Notes: a model not told the origin generated them from the letters alone. A stretch of DNA of 64,000 nucleotides from an uncultured Candidatus Micrarchaeota archaeon (GCA_963760615.1 CAVXDX010000003.1:32001-96000), one strand, 5' to 3'. Positions 26,885-37,466 are shown, counted from the stretch's first letter. Numbers and translations are program-made.

Positions 26885-28093
26885 ATGCCGTCAATATGTT
26901 TTTACTTCCAGGTGCACCAGCCTCTCAGGATGAGGCGCTTCTCTATTTTTGAGGATAACAATGGCGATGCATACAAGCTGTACTTCAACGATAAGCTGAA
27001 CAGGGAAGTGTTTGAGAAGGTTGCCAGGAAATGCTACCTGCCTACAAATTCAATCATGCTTGATCTGATAAACAGGTTCGATGGAAAATTCAGGATATCC
27101 TACAGCCTCACAGGAGTTTTCCTAGACCAGTGCAACGAGTTCAATCCAAAGGTGCTGGAGTCATTCGAGGAGCTGGCAAAGACTGGATGTGTTGATTTTC
27201 TCGATGAGACCTACAACCACTCGCTTTGCAGTCTGTTCCAGGATAAGACAGAATTCAAGGAACAGGTTGAGTTGCACACAAAAGCGCTTAAAACATATCT
27301 CAAATGCAGACCGGTTGTTTTCAGAAACACAGAGGCTCTTTTCACAAACGATATAGCGAAGCTTGTGGAGGGCATGGGATACAAGGGTATGGTCACTGAG
27401 GGGTTTGAAAGAATCCTTGGCTGGAGGAGCCCCAACTACCTCTACAGGGTGAAGGGATGCAGCTCAATCAAGGCATTCCTCAGGAATTACAGGTTGAGTG
27501 ATGATGTCGCCTACAGGTTCTCAGCCCGCTGGTGGAGCGAGTACCCACTCAAGGCAGATAAGTATGCGGCATGGCTAAGCAGATCTGAAGGTCCTCTTGT
27601 GAACATATTCATGGATTACGAAACATTTGGTGAGCACCAGTGGGAAGACACTGGCATATTTGAATTCCTGAAGAGGATGCCCGAGGAAATACTGAGGTAC
27701 GGTAACCTGAATTTCAAAACCCCCAGCGAACTGGTTGCCCTTGAGCCTGTAGGTGAAATTGACGTGCCAACCCCGCTTTCATGGGCGGATATGGAGCGGG
27801 ATGCTTCAGCCTGGCTTGGCAACGAGATGCAGAGGGTCTGCTTCAGGATGCTTGAGGGACTGGAGCCCATGGTGAGGGAAGCAAAGGATGATGAGCTCAT
27901 GAGAATCTGGAGGATGCTGCAGAACAGTGACCAGCTGTACTACCTCTGCACGAAATCATGGGCAGATGGGGACGTGCACAAGTACTTCTCCCCATTTGAT
28001 ACACCCTATGACGGTTTTATAAATTTCATGAATGTGCTTCAGGACCTGAGACATAGACTGAAGCAAAAATTAAAGATGGAGGATATGAGGTGA
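26885..28093 (+). CDS. GH57 alpha-amylase family protein
   Basis: YFQVHQP, ETYNHSL, FRNTE and FMDYETFGEHQW motifs. Confidence 0.92.
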   Translation: MPSICFYFQVHQPLRMRRFSIFEDNNGDAYKLYFNDKLNREVFEKVARKCYLPTNSIMLDLINRFDGKFRISYSLTGVFLDQCNEFNPKVLESFEELAKTGCVDFLDETYNHSLCSLFQDKTEFKEQVELHTKALKTYLKCRPVVFRNTEALFTNDIAKLVEGMGYKGMVTEGFERILGWRSPNYLYRVKGCSSIKAFLRNYRLSDDVAYRFSARWWSEYPLKADKYAAWLSRSEGPLVNIFMDYETFGEHQWEDTGIFEFLKRMPEEILRYGNLNFKTPSELVALEPVGEIDVPTPLSWADMERDASAWLGNEMQRVCFRMLEGLEPMVREAKDDELMRIWRMLQNSDQLYYLCTKSWADGDVHKYFSPFDTPYDGFINFMNVLQDLRHRLKQKLKMEDMR

Positions 28094-28097
28094 GTGA

Positions 28098-28382
28098 ATG
28101 GCGAGATACAAACCTAAGCCATACTCCACTGCGCCCTGTCCGCCCGGCAGCGAGTTCATATTCAGAATGCCGGATGGGAGGGAGGTGGGGAAGGCAAAGA
28201 GCGTGGCGGATTTTGTGAGGATAGTGAAAATAGCTCCGCTTTCCTCTGTGCTCAACCACGCAAACGGCGGGCATCTCTCCCCATGGCTTGAGATGATGGG
28301 CGAGAAAGAGCTTGCGGATAGAATAAGGGGTATAAAAGGGAATGACGAATCTGTGAGAAAAAAGATTGTGCAGGCGTTGTGA
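28098..28382 (+). CDS. DUF5752-like protein of glycogen clusters
   Basis: F-F----G---G-A-S---F--------SV--H---GH-S-WL pattern. Confidence 0.7.
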   Translation: MARYKPKPYSTAPCPPGSEFIFRMPDGREVGKAKSVADFVRIVKIAPLSSVLNHANGGHLSPWLEMMGEKELADRIRGIKGNDESVRKKIVQAL

Positions 28383-28940
28383 TCATACAAGGGAGCGTCC
28401 TAAGTATGCCAGCGCAACGCACTTCAATATCTTGCCTGCAAGGCATGCGAGTAGAAACTTCCATGCAGGGTATTCCAATGCTCCAGCGGCAAGTCCTGCA
28501 ACATCAAAGAATGGATTCGGGATAGCTGCGAATATGAAGATTGTCAGAAAGCCATTCCTCCTCATCCATCTTTTTACAGTTTTGTAAATTCTTGTTTTAT
28601 TTTTTTCAATTGCTAGCCTACCGCCGCAGCCTGCAAAATAACCGCTGAGCTCGCCCAGCGCGCTTCCTATACCTGCTACAATTCCAACACGGAGAGGGTT
28701 GAGGAACATGCCTGCAATTGGAACTCCGACAAGCCCAGGAGCGGGCAGGAGAATTGTGGCGCTTGAGATGAACATCAGGAGAAAAACTCCGAGGTAACCC
28801 AGCGTATACAGCCTTTTCATTAAAAACTCTGTTGGGTTTGCTACATAAATCAGAGCTATTAGAACTATGGCAAGTACCGAAGCGACCAGCTCCCACCTGA
28901 AAACTTTTTTCTCAGTTTTTTTCAAACTACCACTTATCAC
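28383..28940 (-). CDS. DedA/VTT-domain membrane protein
   Basis: GSALGELSGYFAG, FAAIPNPFFDVAGLAAG and GKILK motifs; start codon uncertain. Confidence 0.85.
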   Translation of the reverse strand: MISGSLKKTEKKVFRWELVASVLAIVLIALIYVANPTEFLMKRLYTLGYLGVFLLMFISSATILLPAPGLVGVPIAGMFLNPLRVGIVAGIGSALGELSGYFAGCGGRLAIEKNKTRIYKTVKRWMRRNGFLTIFIFAAIPNPFFDVAGLAAGALEYPAWKFLLACLAGKILKCVALAYLGRSLV

Positions 28941-28993
28941 TAAGACAACTACAACTATTTATATAAGACCTATTAATTATTATTACTGGTTTC

Positions 28994-31804
28994 ATGCCCA
29001 CGAAAATGCTTGAGAAGGAAACTCCCAAGGAAGTTGTCAAGGGCGACCTTGAGTCTTTGCTGAGCAAGCTGACCGAGGAAACGAAGAAGACGACCAAACT
29101 CAAATCCCTCAAGGACCTCAGATTAAAGGCAGCTCTCAAGGAAGTTGAGGCGAATACCGCATTCGCGAATGCACTGCTAGTCATGGCAGGCTGTCTCTTC
29201 CTGCTCATTACGTTCCCACTCTACCCAATCTGGCTCATCCCGTTCATAGTCATCCTAGTCGGCTTCGTAGCATACCACCACGCTCCTCTTGGGACAATGA
29301 TGAGCACATTCGTCGCATTCCCGGCAGTTGCGTACCAGTCGCCGCTCTTCGCCTGGTTCTTCACAATGGTAATATCGATAACTCTCATAGCGTCATTCAC
29401 CTACTGGCAGGTCATCTGCCTGCTGTTCATAACAGTGTTTGCACCCTTCAACTCGCTCGGGTTCTTCATTCCAACACTCCTGACATTCGCAGCCCTCTAC
29501 CTTGGCTCTAAGAGGGGTTCCGTAATAACCCTCATAACAGTTCTGCTTGTCCTCATAATATCCATAATGTGGGGCGTGAACGAAACAGGCACTGTCAACA
29601 GCGCGTTCATCATCTACAACCCCCAAAAGCTTTCAGAGCTGTACACGCGAGGAGGGGGGGAGTTCTCCGCACTTTCAAAGCATACGCCCGCACCAGATGT
29701 GTCTCTGCTTGGGGATGATATCATAGCGGCTTTTGCGAACCTCTACAAATGGGATAGCATGCAGTATGTGGGCACCTCAATAAATGCAATACTGGATGCG
29801 CTGCTCATACTCTTCATATCAGATTCGGCATCCATCCAGCTAATCTGCTGGATTGTTGCGGCATTCCTCACAGGCTCCATAGCTGGTGTGCTCAACAGCA
29901 GATACAAAAGCTCAGTTGCCGCCTTCTCTTTCCTTATTATTCCCATAGGCTACTGGCTTTCATGCGCGATATCCAGCCAGCCATTCAACCCGTTCATCTT
30001 TCCAAGCGTGCTGCTGGGAGTAGCAATGGTCTTCTTCCTCGAACAAAATGGAATAGACATCTCAAGGGAGGTTACTGTAACAAAGATGGAGAAGGCTGGC
30101 AAGTTCAGGAAGTTCGGAATCCAGGATCTGAGCCTTGCGCCAGGAGTCGAATCCCTTGATGATATAGGCGATTACGAAGAGACTAAAAAGGAGCTTGTGG
30201 AGGCAATCCTCTGGCCGCTCACCAAGAAGGAGCTCTCCACTGCCTACGGGCTAAAGCCCCCGAGAGGTATACTGCTCTTTGGACCGCCGGGTACAGGCAA
30301 AACCATGATAATGCGGGCCATGTCACGGGAGATGAAGATAGGCTTCTATTACGTGAAGTGCAGCGACCTGCTCTCCGAGTGGTACGGGGAAAGCGAGAGG
30401 AATCTGAGCGAGCTTTTCAGGATAGCGAGGTCATCGGCCCCCTGCGTGCTTTTCTTTGATGAGATAGACTCCATAGGCAGAAAGAGGGAGAAATATTCAT
30501 CAGATGACGTTGCCCCTAGGCTTTTGGCGCTGTTCCTCTCTGAGCTGGATGGGTTCAAATCGACAAAGAACGTAATAATCGTAGGTGCAACAAACGTGCC
30601 GGAGGAGCTGGACAAGGCGCTGCTGAGGCCTGGGAGGTTCGACAAGATAATATACATGCCACTCCCGGACAAGGCAGGCAGGAAGCAGATATTCAAGCTG
30701 CACACAAGAAACTTTCCCCTTGCAGATGATGTTGACTTTGACAGGCTGGCCGAGAAGACGGAGAGGTACTCGGGAGCCGACATACAGAATATATGCATGG
30801 AGGCAGCAAGGAAGGTCGCCAAGATGGCAAGCGAGACAAATGAGGTTATACCAGTCTCCGTGGAACATTTCCTATCGGTTCTTGAGACTGTCAAGCCCAG
30901 CGTATCAATCGCAGACCTGCAGGATTATGAGAAGTTCAGGCTGGACTTCGAGAGGCGCACAGCTACGCCAAAGGTGAGGAATAAGGCAGAAAAGACCAGG
31001 TGGGAGGATGTTGTGGGGCTTGACGATGTGCGCCAGCTCCTCATTGAAGCTGTGGAGCTACCACTACTGCACGAGGATTTGCTGAAAGAATACAATGTGA
31101 CCCCAATCAAAGGTATACTGCTCTTTGGACCGCCAGGATGCGGGAAGACAATGATAGTCAAAGCTGCTTCCAATGAACTCAATGTAGCGTTCATACACAT
31201 AAGTGGTGCGGATCTCACGAAAGCAGGCTATATGGGGGCTGTGAACATCATAAAGGAGAGCTTCAACAGGGCAAGGGAGCGAGCACCTGCATTGATTTTC
31301 ATAGATGAGATAGATGCCATCGCCCCGAGCAGGGATCATTACTCATCCCCAGAGAACGAGAAGCTTGTGGCCCAGCTCCTTGATGAAATGGACGGGGTAA
31401 GCGATCTGAGGCAGGTCATGTTTGTGGCAGCAACAAACAAGCCTGAGAGGATAGACCCTGCGCTGCTGAGGCCCGGAAGGCTTGACAAGATAATACTTGT
31501 GCCGCCTCCTCTATTTGAGAACAGGAAGAGCATCTTCCAGCTCAACCTCGCAGGAATTCCTCTTGACAAGGACTTCAACTTCGAAACACTTGCGGCCAGA
31601 ACAGAGGGTTTCACAGGTGCAGATATAGCCTCAGTTTGCCAGGAAGCGAAGATGGAGCTTGTGAGGAAGAGGATAGGCGGAAAGAGAACAACGCTTTCCA
31701 TGGATGCAATGGACAGGATACTTTCAAAGAGAAGGCCGTCTGTTACGCTGCAGCATCTCCAAGTGTACATAAAGTTCCTGGAAGAGTATGGAGAAAGGAA
31801 GTAG
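28994..31804 (+). CDS. CDC48/VCP-like double AAA+ ATPase with a polytopic N-terminal membrane domain
   Basis: two AAA cassettes (GPPGTGKT/FFDEID/LLRPGRFD and GPPGCGKT/FIDEID/LLRPGRLD); about 290-aa highly hydrophobic N-terminal region. Confidence 0.9.
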   Translation: MPTKMLEKETPKEVVKGDLESLLSKLTEETKKTTKLKSLKDLRLKAALKEVEANTAFANALLVMAGCLFLLITFPLYPIWLIPFIVILVGFVAYHHAPLGTMMSTFVAFPAVAYQSPLFAWFFTMVISITLIASFTYWQVICLLFITVFAPFNSLGFFIPTLLTFAALYLGSKRGSVITLITVLLVLIISIMWGVNETGTVNSAFIIYNPQKLSELYTRGGGEFSALSKHTPAPDVSLLGDDIIAAFANLYKWDSMQYVGTSINAILDALLILFISDSASIQLICWIVAAFLTGSIAGVLNSRYKSSVAAFSFLIIPIGYWLSCAISSQPFNPFIFPSVLLGVAMVFFLEQNGIDISREVTVTKMEKAGKFRKFGIQDLSLAPGVESLDDIGDYEETKKELVEAILWPLTKKELSTAYGLKPPRGILLFGPPGTGKTMIMRAMSREMKIGFYYVKCSDLLSEWYGESERNLSELFRIARSSAPCVLFFDEIDSIGRKREKYSSDDVAPRLLALFLSELDGFKSTKNVIIVGATNVPEELDKALLRPGRFDKIIYMPLPDKAGRKQIFKLHTRNFPLADDVDFDRLAEKTERYSGADIQNICMEAARKVAKMASETNEVIPVSVEHFLSVLETVKPSVSIADLQDYEKFRLDFERRTATPKVRNKAEKTRWEDVVGLDDVRQLLIEAVELPLLHEDLLKEYNVTPIKGILLFGPPGCGKTMIVKAASNELNVAFIHISGADLTKAGYMGAVNIIKESFNRARERAPALIFIDEIDAIAPSRDHYSSPENEKLVAQLLDEMDGVSDLRQVMFVAATNKPERIDPALLRPGRLDKIILVPPPLFENRKSIFQLNLAGIPLDKDFNFETLAARTEGFTGADIASVCQEAKMELVRKRIGGKRTTLSMDAMDRILSKRRPSVTLQHLQVYIKFLEEYGERK

Positions 31805-31983
31805 AACCGCCGTCGTAAAATCGAAGTCTGTATTAGACAGATGACGTAACTTAATATTTAATTTATAAATTAAAATTGCTATATATCCGAAACCTTTAAA
31901 TAGCCTATAAAGTTAATCAACTATGATCACCATTATTGATGTGTGCCGAGTAGGCTCTTGGCAGCATATGAGATAAGGGTGTG

Positions 31984-32039
31984 TGGGCAAGTGTCGCCGG
32001 TAATCCTTGTATGAGTATGCCCAAAGTACGAGGCGACAT
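31984..32039 (+). promoter_or_regulatory. structured 5' leader of the S-layer mRNA (interleaved stems)
   Basis: TGGGCA(31984-89)/TGCCCA(32018-23) and GTGTCGCC(31991-98)/GGCGACAT(32032-39), just before the GAGGTGA RBS. Confidence 0.4.
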
Positions 32040-32056
32040 AAAAACGAGGTGAGAAA

Positions 32057-34780
32057 TTGAAAGGATTGAATGTGAAAAGGATTGCGGCCTTAGCTGCTGG
32101 TGCAGCTATACTGGGAGCAACTCTTGCGTATGCAGGGGCTGTGACCTATAGCAATACACCCATCATAAGTGCAGATGGGGCACCACAGGTTAAGGTTGTG
32201 GTCGGAACGAATGCAGCAGCATCCGACGGTGTTGCAGCAGCCAACATAGCTGCGTTGATTGGGAACTTGGCTTTCAAGTCCCAGACAATAACGCCAACTG
32301 TTGGTGGACTTACCAACCTAGGGTGCACAGTGAGTGGCGCTGGAGGAACTGGAACATGTGCCGTGAGCAACCAGAAGGTCACATTGGATGTGACTGTCCC
32401 TGGTACAGTAGGCGGCGTGTATCCGTTCAACATATACATAAACGACTGGATTGACAAGAAGCTCGAGAACAGACTGGTTGTCGGAGCGGACGACGTCTAC
32501 AACACACAGGTTGCCTGGTCGCCGTTTGTCTATGACCCAGCATCTGCCAATCAGATATCGGGTCAGTGGTCCTCCTTCAGGAGGGTAACCGCAACCGACT
32601 TCCCGACGCTTCAGTCGCCGTCTGTAACAGACCCCTACGCAAACAAGCAATACACCGAGGAGCAGACCCTGTGGTTCCAGGGCCATGGCAAGTACGACTC
32701 TTCAAGCAACAAGAAAGCCCTTGTAGCTGAGAAAGTAAAGGGTGCGTACCAGATTGAGTTCACGCAGGACCAGGCCGGAATTCCGACTGGAACATGCGAT
32801 GCAACATCAGTAACAAATCTGGATACCCAATTCTCGAACAACACCAACAACCAGGGTAACTACAACCTATGCCCTGACAGCGATAAGACGGACAGGCACA
32901 GAGTGTCTGTAGGCTTCCTTGGAGACACGTACATAATAAGCCAGATGACTCCACCAGCATACCCATACGCAGCAGATTCAACCTGCTCCGGAGTTGCCTT
33001 AATAAATGGCAGTGGATACCCATTGGTATCCAGTACAAGTGAGTGCACTGGTGGTTCAATAGCACTGGCAAAGGAGAGCGCATATGGACATGTGCATGTA
33101 GGTGAGAACCTCTCAGCCGGCGCATACACATTGAAGCTGGTTGATATTGAGGCACCACTAGGAGGCGGAGCAGAGTCCGCAGCTTCAATTGCCATATACG
33201 ACTCTACCGGGGCGCTGTTGCAAGAGGACAAGGTCCAACCCAACGAGCACTATACATGGACGGCCCCAGATGGATCCAAGGTAAGGATCAGGGTCTACAA
33301 GACAAACCCAGGTTACTACGCCTATGCAAAGTGGGCTGAGATGGCTGTATATTCCCAGGAGTTCACCATGAACGATGGGCAGCAGCTGAACACTGACAAC
33401 CAGAACTGGCAGGTTAGGCTTGTTTGGAGAAACAACCAACCAACCTACCTAAGCAAGGGCGCTGATGCACTGAGGAAGATAATAATATACGACAACCACT
33501 TCCCGCAAACGGCGGACGAGCTGATGTCTGGTGATACATACAACGTAATAACATCACCAGTCGCATTCCAGCTGCAGTTCGGCGGTCTAACGCTAGGAAC
33601 CTCAGACTACGACACTCTGAGCTTTCAGATATCGCAGAACTCTGGGTTCACAATACAGACAAACTACGATGCGCAATGCACAGGAACGGGAAGCAGCGTC
33701 GGTTACCTCTCGGGTAACTTCCTTGAGGTGCACAGCAATGTAGCTGGCGCATTCCAGCTGAGTGGCTCAGAAACATACCAGGTCAGTGACTTCTACATCT
33801 ACATGGGCAACGGCACTGCAGATAGCAGCAACGCATTAGTGGCTGTTGATGGAAACGTACTCTTCCAGAAGCCATCAGCAAGCTGCTACTACACGATGGC
33901 AACACAGCCAATAATCTCGTACCTGGCAGGGGATGCAACAGCAGACGACTCCCTTGTGCAATACACCAACCACACCAACTACACTGCTGGTGGTACGGCA
34001 TACATGTTGCTCAGGGAATCGGCGTCATCCTCATCCGGAATTACGGATAGGTGGCTAGTGCCGATATACCTAGACACAACCGACAACAAGGACAAGTTCC
34101 TGCTGACCACATCAGCAACAAAAGAGATATACTACCTAGGAGTGAGCGGTGGGTCGTATATAGACACCAACCTAGCAATAGGCACCACTACAGCCGAGGA
34201 AGGCTACTACTCTGAGAGGGGCTCTCAGTTTGCCAGCATGGATACAGGCTCCGTTGTATTCAACAGAGCGAGGAAGCTGGGCGAGCTGAAGTTCTTCGTG
34301 AAGAGCCAGGGTGCAAACACAACCACAGCAACCACAATTGGACCTCTTGGTGTGAATGAGACAGCCAACGTCGGTGGTGGAGTGACCATAAAGGTCGACA
34401 GCATCACCTCGACAGTTGGAACCTGCACAGCAGGTCCAAACGCACAGTGCACAGTGACAGGCCAGAATGGTTTGACAGTGACTGGAGTCCCGGCAACTGC
34501 TGACACAAGAGTTGCCCTACCCATCACAACGGACCCACTGGTACTGCTTGACAGTCAGGCATCATCCTCTGCTACTTTGATAGTAGTTGGAGGGCCGGTT
34601 GTCAACACAGTGGCCGACGATGTGATGAAGAACACTCCAGGGCTGACACTGGCAAATCCAGGTGACTACATAGCACAAGCAGTCGGCAACAACAGAATCC
34701 TGGTTGCAGGATTCAATGGAGTCGACACAACGACCGCTGCCAACAAATTCATGGCTGACTTGATTGCCGCAGCGCACTAA
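32057..34780 (+). CDS. S-layer protein (S_layer_N/S_layer_C type)
   Basis: MKGLNVKRIAALAAGAA-LGAT leader; VVVG-NAAASDGVAAANIAA; C-terminal LIVVGGPVVN and ILVAG---DT--AA; TTG start with strong RBS; T-rich terminator. Confidence 0.88.
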   Translation: MKGLNVKRIAALAAGAAILGATLAYAGAVTYSNTPIISADGAPQVKVVVGTNAAASDGVAAANIAALIGNLAFKSQTITPTVGGLTNLGCTVSGAGGTGTCAVSNQKVTLDVTVPGTVGGVYPFNIYINDWIDKKLENRLVVGADDVYNTQVAWSPFVYDPASANQISGQWSSFRRVTATDFPTLQSPSVTDPYANKQYTEEQTLWFQGHGKYDSSSNKKALVAEKVKGAYQIEFTQDQAGIPTGTCDATSVTNLDTQFSNNTNNQGNYNLCPDSDKTDRHRVSVGFLGDTYIISQMTPPAYPYAADSTCSGVALINGSGYPLVSSTSECTGGSIALAKESAYGHVHVGENLSAGAYTLKLVDIEAPLGGGAESAASIAIYDSTGALLQEDKVQPNEHYTWTAPDGSKVRIRVYKTNPGYYAYAKWAEMAVYSQEFTMNDGQQLNTDNQNWQVRLVWRNNQPTYLSKGADALRKIIIYDNHFPQTADELMSGDTYNVITSPVAFQLQFGGLTLGTSDYDTLSFQISQNSGFTIQTNYDAQCTGTGSSVGYLSGNFLEVHSNVAGAFQLSGSETYQVSDFYIYMGNGTADSSNALVAVDGNVLFQKPSASCYYTMATQPIISYLAGDATADDSLVQYTNHTNYTAGGTAYMLLRESASSSSGITDRWLVPIYLDTTDNKDKFLLTTSATKEIYYLGVSGGSYIDTNLAIGTTTAEEGYYSERGSQFASMDTGSVVFNRARKLGELKFFVKSQGANTTTATTIGPLGVNETANVGGGVTIKVDSITSTVGTCTAGPNAQCTVTGQNGLTVTGVPATADTRVALPITTDPLVLLDSQASSSATLIVVGGPVVNTVADDVMKNTPGLTLANPGDYIAQAVGNNRILVAGFNGVDTTTAANKFMADLIAAAH

Positions 34781-34906
34781 GTAGTCTGAAAGGGCGCAAG
34801 CCCTTTTTTCCTTCTTTTTTATTTTCATAAATACCAGCTTAGGCTTTGCCCTTATCACAATTAAGTTTATATATTGGTCTTCCCAATTTCTTAGCGAGGC
34901 GATCAG

Positions 34907-37006
34907 ATGAGAAAGGGAATCTTACTTCTGTCTCTGCTATTGGTAATTTCAATCTCCAAAGCCCAAAACATGACAGACTTCATCACTCCATATCTATATC
35001 ATGGCGAGAACTATTCAAAAGATGTGCGAGTAGTGAATATAGCTCTGTCCTATGGAAACTACTCCCTTGTAACAATAAACAACACATCCACCTTCCTGCT
35101 TAATATGAGCGGGGTTGTATCATTTATCGAAGACCAGGCGCAGGTGTCCTCAATACTCAATGACTACTACAGAGTTTCAGTCTACCCAACAAAAGCTGAA
35201 CTGGATGACCTGAACTTCTCCTTCAACTCATTTCTCTCAAGCAGAGGTTCTCTTGAGCTCGAATGCAGGGTACTAACCGGGTTGTCAACCCCCGATGGTT
35301 TCCCCCAACAAACATGCACAACAGCTAACAGCTGTGAGTCCTGCCGCACAGTTCCGGTCTGCCATGACTACCTGGTCCATACCGTGACATCGCCAGACAT
35401 CATGTCCAGCCCGCTCGCGCAATCAATTATGGCGATGGAATCCGATTTTGAAATAATAGACAACAACACATTGAACTTTAAAGCGAGCATGGCAAATATG
35501 AACTCCGATGTCTCATCCTCCTTAACTGCCATGCAGGGCAGCCTCAGCTCCATTAAGTCCGCTGTGACTGACCTGGGCGTGCCTCCAGCCTCAAGAATCT
35601 TTGAACAGTATGCTGTAACCCACAGCAATGATGCCCTGGAGTTCTGTAGGGACTTCTATTCGCCATACAATATCACTGCTCTCAATGATGCAGCTAGCAA
35701 GGCAGCTGCCCTGAGCTCTCGGGTCCCCACTCAGAGCATGATAGCTGGCCAGATTGCATCGGTTATAAACAAAACTGCAGAGAGGAAGCTCAACAGAACC
35801 GTCAGGGAGCAGAGAGAGGCGTTTGATGCCAAATATGCGGTCTGGCTTGTCATAAGGGACAACATTACTGAGAAGGCGAGTGAGCTGCTCCCGCACGTGC
35901 GGGATAACCAGACATCCACTAAACTTGCCGAACTTGATAACCTGCTCTCACAAATAAGGCAGCTTGGCGATGCACGGCAGTATAGCCAAGCAGACCTGCT
36001 CGCCCAGAACTTCTCCCAGAGCGCAAATGCAACAGATTCATACATCTCAGGGCTCCTTACATCCTATGATTCTCTTGTAACGGCCAACAGCTCTGCTTCG
36101 GATGCGCTTTTCGAGGCGCGCCTGTATGTAGAGCCAGACGACTTTGTTACCCTTGATAAGCTGGAAGGGTTCTACACTCGGAAAGCATCTCTTGAATTCA
36201 CAGTATACAACGAATCTCCAATGCCCATCTCAGAGGTTAACAATATCACTGACCAGCTTAACAGCATACGGCTGAACGCCAATTCAATAAGAGATGAGAG
36301 GGCAAGTGCCAGTTCCCAGCAGGTGGATAACCTCGTGGCAATCATAGCAAAGCCTGCGGTCTCTTTCTCTCTCAATGTTATAAACTCCTTCCTGCCGCTC
36401 TCCTATGCAGACAAGGAGAAGGATGCGACTGCAGTAATTGGCGTGCTGCTTGTCGTAGGAGACATCATAATATTCCTCGCAGTCCTGGCGGCATTCTTCT
36501 TCCTTGTGCGCTCAAGAAGGATAGAGCTGCATAGATTGGCTAAAATGCTGTGGGCATTCATATTCGCTTTCTTCCTGCTGCTCCTGGTGCTTGGCTCGCT
36601 CACCATCTACAGCGTGGCGGACATGCAGTCCCACCCAACAACCTTCGGCCCGTTCCTCTCGGAGTTCAGGAACTCTGCCAGAGTCGGCGTGGTTGCCGAG
36701 CTGACAAACCTCAACGGGACGATGAGGGAGAGCATGATAAACTGCTCATCAAAAATTGCATCAAAAATGGAGTCCCTCAAAAAGAGCGTAATATACTATA
36801 AATTTGATAATGACAGCTGCATTACAGATAACAACACCATGAGCCTATCCACCTGCCAGAATTCCCTCGATGCCAACCCAATAGTGATACTGCGAAGCGG
36901 AGCGGAGAATAAGGCGACGTTCAACGTGTTCTACACAAAAAAGGCAGTTTTTGAAGGTGATGAGGAATTCTTCAGGGAATGCGCCATAACAAAGGTGCTC
37001 AGCTAG
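34907..37006 (+). CDS. large secreted/membrane protein: Cys cluster, long helical region, two TMs, C-terminal four-Cys domain
   Basis: signal peptide; CTTANSCESCRTVPVC; many N-x-S/T sequons; C-terminal domain paralogous to 37014..37466. Confidence 0.8.
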   Translation: MRKGILLLSLLLVISISKAQNMTDFITPYLYHGENYSKDVRVVNIALSYGNYSLVTINNTSTFLLNMSGVVSFIEDQAQVSSILNDYYRVSVYPTKAELDDLNFSFNSFLSSRGSLELECRVLTGLSTPDGFPQQTCTTANSCESCRTVPVCHDYLVHTVTSPDIMSSPLAQSIMAMESDFEIIDNNTLNFKASMANMNSDVSSSLTAMQGSLSSIKSAVTDLGVPPASRIFEQYAVTHSNDALEFCRDFYSPYNITALNDAASKAAALSSRVPTQSMIAGQIASVINKTAERKLNRTVREQREAFDAKYAVWLVIRDNITEKASELLPHVRDNQTSTKLAELDNLLSQIRQLGDARQYSQADLLAQNFSQSANATDSYISGLLTSYDSLVTANSSASDALFEARLYVEPDDFVTLDKLEGFYTRKASLEFTVYNESPMPISEVNNITDQLNSIRLNANSIRDERASASSQQVDNLVAIIAKPAVSFSLNVINSFLPLSYADKEKDATAVIGVLLVVGDIIIFLAVLAAFFFLVRSRRIELHRLAKMLWAFIFAFFLLLLVLGSLTIYSVADMQSHPTTFGPFLSEFRNSARVGVVAELTNLNGTMRESMINCSSKIASKMESLKKSVIYYKFDNDSCITDNNTMSLSTCQNSLDANPIVILRSGAENKATFNVFYTKKAVFEGDEEFFRECAITKVLS

Positions 37007-37013
37007 TGGTTCA

Positions 37014-37466
37014 ATGAAAAAATACATACTTCTTGTATTGCTTCTGCTTGTTGTCGCAGCGGGCGTATACCTCCACTTCCAAGGCGAGCAGCCCATAAGC
37101 CTGAACGATTTCAAAAAACAGCTCAACGAAAGCGAGAACATCTCGGTTGTGACTGATACTCGCTCATCCCCTGCCTCAGGCATCGTTATAAACTGCGGGC
37201 TTGCAGTGGTGACAAGGGTAAGCGGTATGGGCAAGAGCCCTAGATTTTTTGCCTATGAGGGAGAGCTATGCTTCTACTCAGAACCAGGGTCCAGCGCAAT
37301 CATAAACTCGTCAATAAAGGACTGTGAATCCCTCATTTCAAACTCAACTGTGTTCTATATACGCTATAACTCTGCAAAAAATTCAACAACTTTCTATAAA
37401 TCGAGAGCTGTAATGGAAGGAGATGATGACTTCCTGGCGGACTGCCCAATCTCAAAGATAATCTGA
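37014..37466 (+). CDS. membrane-anchored single-domain paralogue of the preceding protein's C-terminal domain
   Basis: N-terminal TM; shared INC...C...C...FY-KRAV-EGD--F---C-I-K pattern. Confidence 0.75.
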   Translation: MKKYILLVLLLLVVAAGVYLHFQGEQPISLNDFKKQLNESENISVVTDTRSSPASGIVINCGLAVVTRVSGMGKSPRFFAYEGELCFYSEPGSSAIINSSIKDCESLISNSTVFYIRYNSAKNSTTFYKSRAVMEGDDDFLADCPISKII

